Positions 29,997 to 38,719 of a stretch of DNA of 64,000 nucleotides are shown here, in pieces. Both the position numbers and the translations under genes were made by a program. Position 1 is the first letter of the stretch. Each line of letters opens with the position of its first letter. Below the pieces are notes generated by a model, which had not been told where the DNA came from, did not search any database, and worked only from the letters and a program-made list of their open reading frames with translations. Source of the stretch: Promethearchaeota archaeon (lineage in GTDB: Archaea; Asgardarchaeota; Lokiarchaeia; Sigyniarchaeales; SOKP01); NCBI GenBank assembly GCA_048939995.1, contig JBHLOY010000004.1, forward strand, positions 96,001-160,000, given 5' to 3'.

Positions 29997-31553
29997 TTAA
30001 ATATTCCAAGGTTTATATCCTGATTTTATTTTCAACAAATAATCATCAATTGAGAGCTTTAGCTCTTTTTCAGCCCTTCTCAAAGCTCCAGGAGTGGCTC
30101 CATAATAGTAATGTTTGATTAAAAGTTCAGAAATAGTCTCATCTCCTAAAGAAAAAATAGTTTGAACCCTAGCTTTCTTAACAATTTCTTTTAAATTTTG
30201 AAATTTCAATTTAATTGCTGGTATTTTTTTTAATTCACGTTCAAGTTTCTTATATTTATTAATTAATAACATTAAGTTTTGTGATAGAAAAGAATCTACT
30301 TCGTTTTCAAAGGGTGTATTAAATTTAGGTATAAAGGGATTGATATTAACTTTAAGTGAATTAAATTCAAATCCAAATTCAGAAACTTTTCTCAATAATT
30401 TAATTATTTGGGTAATATCTTCATCGGTTTCTTCAGGCAAACCAATTAGAAAATAAAATTTAACATTTCTAATTCTTGAATTTTCAATTAAATGAAGAAC
30501 GTCTAGTATTCTCTTATTTGAAATTTGCTTATTTAGTGAATATCTTAATGACTCAGTAGCAGTTTCTGGGGCGATCGTAACTGATTTGAAATTTGCTTTT
30601 TCAAAGATATTAATTATTTTTGGTGTTATATGGTCAATCCTAATTGAAGGAATACTTAATTTCTTTCCTTGATTTACAATAAATTCACATATTTCAGAAA
30701 ATTTAGGATGGGATGACACACAAGAACCAATAAACGAAATCTTTTCAAAATGAGAATATTCTATTGCTTCTTCCACGGTTTTTAAAATATTTTCATAACT
30801 TCTATTACGAAATGGAGAGTTATGGTATGAAGATATACAGAATTTACATTGAAAAGGACATCCTCTATTTATTTCGAGAAAGAAATTTTCTTCAAATACT
30901 TTTTTTTCCTCGTTTGATTTAGTAATAAATTGAAATATGGGAATGTGTGATTCATCTAGATTTTCTAAGGTTACTCTTTTTATCTTGTTCTTTAATTCAG
31001 GAATATATATTCCTTTTATTGATCTTAATTCCTTTAGAAATATATCAAAATCAGTTTTATTGGTTTTAAATTCTAAGAATTTGGCTAAAAATTGATTAAG
31101 GTTAGGCTCGCAGTCTCCAATAAAGAAAAGATCAAAAATTTTACTCAATGGTAGCGGATTTGAAGTTACAACATGACCTCCACCAATCATTAATGGATAA
31201 TTCCCTTTTCGTTCCTTGGAATAGAAGGGAATACTTCCTTTTTCTAATATCCACAATATATTTTTAAAATCATGTTCATCATGAATAGAAAATCCTAGAA
31301 TATCAAAATCTAGAAGTAATCTTTTATTTTCTATGCTCCTTATATCATTTGTAGAATAGTCTGAAGAAGCGGGGTATCTTACTTTTTTTGGGAGAAATAT
31401 TCTTTCACATACATAATTCTCATGAGAATTTATTAAATAATAAAGTAGTCTAATTGTATATGAGGACAAACCTAATTCATACTGGTTAGGAAACACTAAA
31501 CCAAATGATAGATCTACTTTTCTCCAATCTTTTTTAATAATAACTTCATTCAT
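29997..31553 (-). CDS. radical SAM protein (B12-binding-like N-terminus)
   Basis: RGCPFQCKFC, TIAPET, YFLIGLP, FIPKFNTPF. Confidence 0.9.
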   Translation of the reverse strand: MNEVIIKKDWRKVDLSFGLVFPNQYELGLSSYTIRLLYYLINSHENYVCERIFLPKKVRYPASSDYSTNDIRSIENKRLLLDFDILGFSIHDEHDFKNILWILEKGSIPFYSKERKGNYPLMIGGGHVVTSNPLPLSKIFDLFFIGDCEPNLNQFLAKFLEFKTNKTDFDIFLKELRSIKGIYIPELKNKIKRVTLENLDESHIPIFQFITKSNEEKKVFEENFFLEINRGCPFQCKFCISSYHNSPFRNRSYENILKTVEEAIEYSHFEKISFIGSCVSSHPKFSEICEFIVNQGKKLSIPSIRIDHITPKIINIFEKANFKSVTIAPETATESLRYSLNKQISNKRILDVLHLIENSRIRNVKFYFLIGLPEETDEDITQIIKLLRKVSEFGFEFNSLKVNINPFIPKFNTPFENEVDSFLSQNLMLLINKYKKLERELKKIPAIKLKFQNLKEIVKKARVQTIFSLGDETISELLIKHYYYGATPGALRRAEKELKLSIDDYLLKIKSGYKPWNI

Positions 31554-31588
31554 GAAATTTATCCAAAATTATAAAGAAAAATAAAAAA

Positions 31589-32386
31589 TTAAATATTTAC
31601 TTCTCGCTCTTGCTTAATTTTTTTAATTTCCTCAACTATTAATGGCAAAATGATTCCAGTCTTATTTCGAATCACAATTTCAGCTCTTTCGTCCAAAGGA
31701 GTTGGTTGATCGTTTACAATAATTAATTTGCCACCATCTCTTAAAGTATATAGAGGTAAATCACATATAGGAGCTACTTCTAAAGATGATCCCGCAATTA
31801 GCATAATATCTGCTTTCTGAGATAATGCTCGCGATTGAAATATTTCAAAATTAGGTAAACCCTCTCCAAATAAAACAACTGATGGTTTTAAAGGTGCTCC
31901 ACAATAATCACATAAAGGAGCCCCCTTTTTTTCTTTTTTAAGTTTTCTCATAATCTGATCTTTATTATATGAAGACTTACATCCAAGGCAATTAAATCGA
32001 TTTATATTACCGTGTACTTCATATACTATTACAGAACCAGATTTTTGATGAAGCTCATCAACATTTTGAGTAATAACAGCTTTAATAATATCCATTTTTT
32101 CTAACTCTGCCAAAGCATAATGACCGGGATTTGGTTTTGCTTTAAATAAATTTGGGGCGATTTCTTGAGCTAATTCCCAAAATTTTGCAGGATTCTTTAA
32201 GAATGCTTGAATGTTGCCATAGATTTCAGGTTTATATTTTTCCCATATGCCCCCATCTCCTCGAAAATCTGGAATTCCAGATTCAGTAGATACGCCAGCA
32301 CCAGTTAAAGCAATTGCTTCTTTTGAATCAATTAATAACTCGGCAGCTCGTTGAATTTTTTTTTTTTCTAAGTTTTTTATTTTCAT
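31589..32386 (-). CDS. cobB: Sir2-family NAD-dependent protein deacylase
   Basis: GAGVSTESGIPDFRG, TQNVDELH, HG, CxxC...CxxC. Confidence 0.96.
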   Translation of the reverse strand: MKIKNLEKKKIQRAAELLIDSKEAIALTGAGVSTESGIPDFRGDGGIWEKYKPEIYGNIQAFLKNPAKFWELAQEIAPNLFKAKPNPGHYALAELEKMDIIKAVITQNVDELHQKSGSVIVYEVHGNINRFNCLGCKSSYNKDQIMRKLKKEKKGAPLCDYCGAPLKPSVVLFGEGLPNFEIFQSRALSQKADIMLIAGSSLEVAPICDLPLYTLRDGGKLIIVNDQPTPLDERAEIVIRNKTGIILPLIVEEIKKIKQEREVNI

Positions 32387-32644
32387 TAATAGCTTCTGTA
32401 GAGTCCTAATATAACTACTAAAATCATCTCTAATAGATGAATTATTTTATATTTATATTGTGAATTATTAAAAGTTAATTGTTATAAGCTCTAATAACCT
32501 TGTAAAAATTTACCTTTATATGCAAAAATCAATCTTGAGTTTCTTTGTTACTCCGATATCATAAAAAATTTAAAATTAAAATAATTTTAAATTTCTGTAG
32601 ATATACGATTATATTTGAAGAATTAAAACTTTAAGATTTTATTT

Positions 32645-33532
32645 ATGATAACTGGATTTGCAATTATTTTAGATGATGAAATTCTCTATATTTCAAATGA
32701 AAATAAATATCCAGTTTTCGAAATAGTTCTCTTTGTAGAAAAATTAATTAGAAGTATTAATCCCAAAAACGTCTGGCGCTTAAGAAATATTTTTTTTGAG
32801 GGGTTGGAAGGCAGAGAGCGAATGATTATAAAGCATCATGTTACTGATGACTTTCAAAATCTCTTTTACTGTATAACGGGTGATTTTTTATCTAACTCTG
32901 AGGCGGCAGATAATATGCTAAACGAGTTTTACGAAAAAGTAATCGCAAATTATGACAATCCAAACAAGTACAATGAATATTCAAAAAAATCTGAATTTTC
33001 TAAAGTTATAAAACTAATTACAGCATATTTATGGGAAAAATATCATTATCCTCTTGAAGATGAAAAACTCGATAATTCCTATACTCAAATTGAAAACAAA
33101 ATAATATATTGTGGTGTCTCCTCCCAGGGTCTACCAATTATTTCTCAGTTATATGATAAAACACTTTTAAACGATCTACGTCGTGAAGCAACTCATGAAA
33201 ATATTGATTTATTTACTTCTAATTTGTCTGCACGTTTAGCCACAATTGCTATGAATACTCAAATTCGAGCAAAAATGAACATTAAAGAAATACAATTTTA
33301 CGATTTAGCAGAGAGTGGAAATAAAAAGTTGATTTTATTCGGAGATATTAATGGATACTCTCTAGATTTTGTAGCTTCTGGGGATTTCAATAGAATTAAA
33401 GACATTTTTCTCCAATTAAAGGACAAAATATCCAAAGAAGAGGCTTTAAAACAAGAATTTTCTGGAGATTTAAAACCCTATCGTTCATTAGTAAATTACT
33501 TAAACGAAATTATTCATGAATTTGACCGTTAA
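32645..33532 (+). CDS. hypothetical protein, probable tandem longin-like domains
   Basis: Two beta-beta-alpha-beta modules (MITGFAIILDDEILY..., CGVSSQGLPIIS...). Confidence 0.55.
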   Translation: MITGFAIILDDEILYISNENKYPVFEIVLFVEKLIRSINPKNVWRLRNIFFEGLEGRERMIIKHHVTDDFQNLFYCITGDFLSNSEAADNMLNEFYEKVIANYDNPNKYNEYSKKSEFSKVIKLITAYLWEKYHYPLEDEKLDNSYTQIENKIIYCGVSSQGLPIISQLYDKTLLNDLRREATHENIDLFTSNLSARLATIAMNTQIRAKMNIKEIQFYDLAESGNKKLILFGDINGYSLDFVASGDFNRIKDIFLQLKDKISKEEALKQEFSGDLKPYRSLVNYLNEIIHEFDR

Positions 33533-33563
33533 TTTCTAATAATATGCTCTTTTTTTAATATTT

Positions 33564-34862
33564 ATGAAAGCTGTTATTTTGGCAGCTGGTAAAGGAAAGA
33601 GACTCAGACCGATAACTGCCACAAGACCGAAACCTCTTATACCTATAGCTGGAAGACCTTTATTAGAACATAATATTTTAGGTTTAATAGATGCGGGTAT
33701 AGATCAGATCTTATTAGTTGTTGGATATAAAGAAGAAATGATTAAGGATTATTTTGGATCAGGTAAAGAAAAATTTAACGTTAATATTAATTACGTTACT
33801 CAAGAAGAATATTTAGGTACCGCTCATGCTACGGGATATGCTAGAGATTTTGTAAAGAATGACCACTTTCTGCTTATGAATGGAGATCTCTTAGTAGATT
33901 CAAATTTATTTAATCAATTGATTGATAACTTTAATTCAGTCTCATGTGATGGCTTAATTTCTTTGGTTAAGGTTAAAGATCCTCAAAATTATGGTGTTAT
34001 CACATTAGATTCAAATGGTTTTGTAAAAAAATTGATTGAAAAACCTTCTCCTAAATTAAATATTGGTAATTTAGCTAATGCTGGAATTTACATTTTTAAA
34101 TCTAAAATTTTCGATGCTATTCAACAAACTGAAAAGTCAATTAGAGGTGAATATGAATTTACGGACTCTATGGAGATCCTTCTAAATGAAATGAACAGTA
34201 AAATTTATGGTTATAATATTAAAAACTTCTATTGGAATGATATAGGTTTACCATGGGAACTTTTAGATGCAAACAAATATTTATTAGACTCACAAAAGGG
34301 AAAAAATTTAGGAATAGTAGAAAATAATGTATTCATATTCGGAGAAGTGTATATTGGTGAAAAAACTCTTGTACGGTCTGGTACATATATCCAAGGACCA
34401 TGCTATATAGGAAATAATTGCATAATCGGACCAAATACTTTCATTCGACCTTATACATCCATCCACGATAATTGTCATGTGGGAATGTCTGAAGTTAAGA
34501 ATTCTATAATTTTTTCAGATAGCTCTATCCCGCACTTTAACTATATTGGTGATTCAATAATATGTGAACATGTTAATCTAGGAGCAGGAACAAAAATATC
34601 AAATTTAAGATTTGATAATAAATCTATCAATATGAATATTGATAATAAGTTGATAAGTTCTGGAAGAAGGAAGCTGGGAGCTATCCTTGGTCCCTATTGT
34701 CAAACTGGAATTAATGCAAGTCTTATGTGTGGAAAAACGGTGGCCGAATATTCTATTATCGGAGCTCATACTCTTGTAAATGAGGATGTCCCTGCAAATA
34801 CTCTCCTTTATCAAGATTCGGAAGGAAAATTGATACTGAAACCAAATCCGTTCTATAAGTAA
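33564..34862 (+). CDS. glmU: archaeal bifunctional sugar-1-phosphate nucleotidyltransferase/acetyltransferase
   Basis: LAAGKGKRLRP.T..RPKPL, C-terminal hexapeptide repeats, PHFNYIGDS, NLRFD, SGRRKLG. Confidence 0.93.
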   Translation: MKAVILAAGKGKRLRPITATRPKPLIPIAGRPLLEHNILGLIDAGIDQILLVVGYKEEMIKDYFGSGKEKFNVNINYVTQEEYLGTAHATGYARDFVKNDHFLLMNGDLLVDSNLFNQLIDNFNSVSCDGLISLVKVKDPQNYGVITLDSNGFVKKLIEKPSPKLNIGNLANAGIYIFKSKIFDAIQQTEKSIRGEYEFTDSMEILLNEMNSKIYGYNIKNFYWNDIGLPWELLDANKYLLDSQKGKNLGIVENNVFIFGEVYIGEKTLVRSGTYIQGPCYIGNNCIIGPNTFIRPYTSIHDNCHVGMSEVKNSIIFSDSSIPHFNYIGDSIICEHVNLGAGTKISNLRFDNKSINMNIDNKLISSGRRKLGAILGPYCQTGINASLMCGKTVAEYSIIGAHTLVNEDVPANTLLYQDSEGKLILKPNPFYK

Positions 34863-34892
34863 AAAGATAGATTGATTTTAAAAATTAGAAAT

Positions 34893-36611
34893 TTAAAGAA
34901 AGATTTTTTTGAATTTACGTAATAATCTAGAGAATTTGGGTTCTTTTTCTGTATAGTTTAATTCTCTAAGAGCTTGTTCTTGGTATGCAATGAATAGTTC
35001 TGTTGAAAATTCCTCCCAATCTCTACATATTTTTAATGTTTCATCATCATTTCTCAATAAGCTATCATGTGATATTATTTTTAAGAATTTATTCACACAA
35101 TCTTCAATTAACTCACTATTACTCCCTTTCAATAGATCTCTAACAAATTCATCTGGAGGGTACCATTCTCTTACTCTTTGAAAATCGCGATGAATTTGAG
35201 TAAGTAAAACGAGTCTTGGGCCTTCCCATAGTTCCATGATCATAGAATCCCGATGAAAACGCGGTAAACTGAGGAAATCCTCCATTACACCATGGCCTCC
35301 AAAAAATGATATTGCTCTTCTTATCATCTTAGGACATTCGTCTGCTACAACTATCTTTTGAAGCATTACCAATTCACGTAACCTAAATCGCCGCTTACGT
35401 TCTTCAAGATTCTCAATCTTTTGTAGATCTCTTATACCACTAATTAATTCTTCTCCAAAATGTATAAATTCAGAATAAACTTTAAATGTTCCTACTGCAG
35501 TTCTTTTTGCAAAATGCTCTAATTCATTGATTTGGTTTATCATCATTGGAAAAGAAGATACAGGAATTCCAAAAGCATATCGAAACTGGGCATATAAAAT
35601 TGCCTCTCTTATTGCTCTTAATGCTCCTGCTGCCATACCAAATGCAACATGTAGTCTGGATAGAGAAAGAACGATTCCCACTACATCCGCTAAACCCTTT
35701 TCAAGAGGACCGATAGGATAGGCAACCGCCCCATTATAAGTAATTTCAGCAGTTGGTAATTCAGCAGTCCCTAATTTAGGTTTTAAACGATCTATAGTAT
35801 AAGAATTCCTTCTTTCTCTCTCTTTATTTTTTGGAAGCCATGATGGAACTACAAATGCTCCTATTCTAGTTGAAGAAGGGACCCCTTTTGGTTTAGCGGT
35901 AACAAGGGCATAATCAGTATGAACTGCAGAACAAAAAAATTTTTGGCCATAAATTCTCCATACATTTAACAATCCATCATCACCCTCTGTTTTTTCAAAT
36001 ACTGCTTCAACTAGATTTGCTGGAACATCACTACCTCCTTGGATTTCACTCACAAATTGAGCTCCTCTCCCATAATCTCCATTCTTTCCTTCCCTTAAAT
36101 GATTAAGAATTTCACGAGTTTCATGAGATAAATCATTCTCATACTTCTGAAGAATCCATATAAGTCCATGGGTGCAAGCTACAGGACACATTACCCCTGC
36201 TTCTCCATTTTGATAAAGTAGAAACATTTTAATAAATCTACTCCATGGAGTATTTCTATTTGGATCCCAAAGTCCAAGACTAAAAATTTCTCGTTCCAAA
36301 GTTTCTGTTTCCCAGCAACGTTCAATCCTATCTATTCGATGATTATGAGCATCATAATGTTTAATTTTAGTTACCTTTAATCTATTTTCTGGTTCAGCTG
36401 CTTTATCAGCTAAATCTTTCCATTTATTAGAAACGTAATCAGAAAGTGCGCGTAAATCACGATCTATGATTTCATATTCTGCGTCTGGTACATAATGTTT
36501 TACTAAGGTTTGTAGAAATTGGTCATCTCGATAATAGTTAAAATTATTTCGAACAAGTAAGTAATCATCAAATGAATAAGGATTATTTCGGTTTCCCTCG
36601 TTACTTGACAT
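34893..36611 (-). CDS. acyl-CoA dehydrogenase (AidB-like)
   Basis: CPVACT, SEIQGGSD, GQKFFCS, RLKPKLGT, GGHGVMEDF, LWEGP. Confidence 0.9.
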   Translation of the reverse strand: MSSNEGNRNNPYSFDDYLLVRNNFNYYRDDQFLQTLVKHYVPDAEYEIIDRDLRALSDYVSNKWKDLADKAAEPENRLKVTKIKHYDAHNHRIDRIERCWETETLEREIFSLGLWDPNRNTPWSRFIKMFLLYQNGEAGVMCPVACTHGLIWILQKYENDLSHETREILNHLREGKNGDYGRGAQFVSEIQGGSDVPANLVEAVFEKTEGDDGLLNVWRIYGQKFFCSAVHTDYALVTAKPKGVPSSTRIGAFVVPSWLPKNKERERRNSYTIDRLKPKLGTAELPTAEITYNGAVAYPIGPLEKGLADVVGIVLSLSRLHVAFGMAAGALRAIREAILYAQFRYAFGIPVSSFPMMINQINELEHFAKRTAVGTFKVYSEFIHFGEELISGIRDLQKIENLEERKRRFRLRELVMLQKIVVADECPKMIRRAISFFGGHGVMEDFLSLPRFHRDSMIMELWEGPRLVLLTQIHRDFQRVREWYPPDEFVRDLLKGSNSELIEDCVNKFLKIISHDSLLRNDDETLKICRDWEEFSTELFIAYQEQALRELNYTEKEPKFSRLLRKFKKIFL

Positions 36612-36741
36612 TACAATTACCTTCTATAAAAATTGTTAATAACCATTAATTATTCAATTTGATTTATAATAAAATTAACGGTGAAAAGATAAATTACTTG
36701 AAAAACCGATAATAAACTAAATAATTGTTATAGATCTTAAA

Positions 36742-37530
36742 TTAATTCTCTGTTTCCGAATTATCTGCTTCAGTTTCATTCGTTTCTGCTGTTGAGGTTT
36801 TAGTTTTTGCCAATTTGGCAACATTAATCCTTTCAGTTCTTCTTATTTCACTTTTACGAGTACGCTTTACATCGACTTCTACGATATCAAATTCTTCCTC
36901 CTTTGAAATATATTCTTTATCTTCTCCACCTTCAGGTATAGAGATAATTTTGCTTTTAATTATCGAGCAATTAGATAATGGATATATTGTTTTAGCCACT
37001 CTATTAATTTGATTTTCAAATTCATGATATATAATTCCATTAATGAATTTTTCATGATTAAGATTTTTAGCAAATTCTCTAAGAATTTCCATTATGATTT
37101 TTCTAATAACAATCTGCTGAGAACTCCGGGCTCTCCTTATGGTCGTACATATAATAGTAAGTCGAAATCCCCAATTATCTTTAGTAAATAGATTTAATAT
37201 TACTTGAACTTTGGAACTTCCTCTACCAATTAATGAACGTACATAGTCATTAGTATATTGATGGCCCCAAAAAATGCTCTTACAGACTTCTTTTTCAGAA
37301 TCTACTTCTGATATTTTAAACTTTAGCTTTAGACTGATGTCAGAATAATCGTCTGTAATATCATAAAGTAATATTTCAAGGGTTCTTCCGATTAAATTAT
37401 TTGGTAGTCCTATAATCTCTCCAATTTCTCTAAAATTGAAGCTTTTTGGAGCAATTACAGGATACCAATTCTTCTCTTTAAAAGTTACTTTCTTGACTTT
37501 AGCTTTCCTTTTTCTGGTTTTTTGACTCAA
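36742..37530 (-). CDS. rps3ae: 30S ribosomal protein eS1 (S3Ae)
   Basis: KNWYPVIAP, GRTLE...DIT, DYVRSL, KTIYPL. Confidence 0.95.
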   Translation of the reverse strand: MSQKTRKRKAKVKKVTFKEKNWYPVIAPKSFNFREIGEIIGLPNNLIGRTLEILLYDITDDYSDISLKLKFKISEVDSEKEVCKSIFWGHQYTNDYVRSLIGRGSSKVQVILNLFTKDNWGFRLTIICTTIRRARSSQQIVIRKIIMEILREFAKNLNHEKFINGIIYHEFENQINRVAKTIYPLSNCSIIKSKIISIPEGGEDKEYISKEEEFDIVEVDVKRTRKSEIRRTERINVAKLAKTKTSTAETNETEADNSETEN

Positions 37531-37536
37531 TATAAT

Positions 37537-37995
37537 TTACCTCATTACAATGGTTCTTATCTTTTCGGGATCATATTTAAAGTCTGGCTCAAGGTATCCT
37601 TTCTTCTTGTAATATCTAATCAATCTATAGACTTTTGATTCTGTTCTATTTAACCCTTTTTTAGCTTCGAGATCTTTATGATTAGTTTCTAAATGTTTTC
37701 GAATACTTAATGCTTTTTTAACCAAATTAGATAAATCTTCAGGTAATGGTGATTGTATTTGATTCTCTTCAAGTATTTGGCTAATCGATTTTCCTGTAAC
37801 AACCTTTACAAGTGGAATACCATATGAATCTCGTAACATAATTCCAATTCTAGATTGAGAAAATCCTTTTCTTGCCAGTTTTACAACCTCATTTTCAACT
37901 TCTTCTCCTGATAACTCAATCCATGGGGGGCGATCAAGCCTTGCTGGTCTTGTTGAACCCGATTTTCCTTTTTTCCTACTATGCATTCGAGCCAT
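37537..37995 (-). CDS. rps15: 30S ribosomal protein uS15
   Basis: MARMHSRKKGKSGS, LRDSYGIP, ESKVYRLIRYYK. Confidence 0.98.
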   Translation of the reverse strand: MARMHSRKKGKSGSTRPARLDRPPWIELSGEEVENEVVKLARKGFSQSRIGIMLRDSYGIPLVKVVTGKSISQILEENQIQSPLPEDLSNLVKKALSIRKHLETNHKDLEAKKGLNRTESKVYRLIRYYKKKGYLEPDFKYDPEKIRTIVMR

Positions 37996-38134
37996 GATAT
38001 CACAGATATATTAAGTCAAATATTAACTAGATATAATTCTAAATGAACTTTTCAAAATAAAATTTTGGAATTTTAATTTATTCTAGGTGAGAAATGTCCT
38101 ATACCTAAATAAATTCTAACTAACTATATTAATT

Positions 38135-38719
38135 ATGAATAATGAAGAAAATCTGATTTACTTTGTAACCTCAAATAATCATAAATTTCTTGAAATTACT
38201 AAAATGTTTGAAGAAGAAAAATTACACTACAAATTAAAACAATTAAATATTGAAACTACTGAAATACAAGCAGATTCTGTAAAACAAAACGCTTTTTTCA
38301 AATTAAATAGCGTAAAATCAAAAGTAAAAGGCTCATGCTTTGTAGAAGATGCGGGATTTTTCATTGACAAGCCACTTAATGGATTTCCTGGAGTTTATTC
38401 CTCTTATGTTTTTAAAACGATTGGAAATGAAGGAGTGTTGCGCTTAATTGACAATTTTAAACAGACCAAAGCTCATTTTATTGCTATTATTGCTCTATTT
38501 TTCAAACCTTTAAATAAAGTTTTCTTCTTTGAGGGAAGAGTAGAAGGAAGAGTTTCAGAGAAGATAAGAGGATCTAAAGGTTTTGGGTTTGATCCTATTT
38601 TTATTTCAGACAAAGTAAAAAATAAAACTTTTGCTGAATTAACGCTCAAAGAAAAAAATAAGATTTCCCATAGAGGAATTGCCTGGAAAAAAATGATTGA
38701 ATTTTTAAGATCTACTTAA
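38135..38719 (+). CDS. rdgB: XTP/dITP diphosphatase (HAM1 family)
   Basis: FVTSNNHK, EDAG, GFPGVYS, GFGFDPIF, SHRG. Confidence 0.96.
   Translation: MNNEENLIYFVTSNNHKFLEITKMFEEEKLHYKLKQLNIETTEIQADSVKQNAFFKLNSVKSKVKGSCFVEDAGFFIDKPLNGFPGVYSSYVFKTIGNEGVLRLIDNFKQTKAHFIAIIALFFKPLNKVFFFEGRVEGRVSEKIRGSKGFGFDPIFISDKVKNKTFAELTLKEKNKISHRGIAWKKMIEFLRST

Noticed and set aside
10701-32386. TIR plus Sir2 as a Thoeris-like defence system
   Set aside because: The genes are about 19 kb apart and the Sir2 is a canonical zinc-binding CobB-type deacylase, not ThsA-like.
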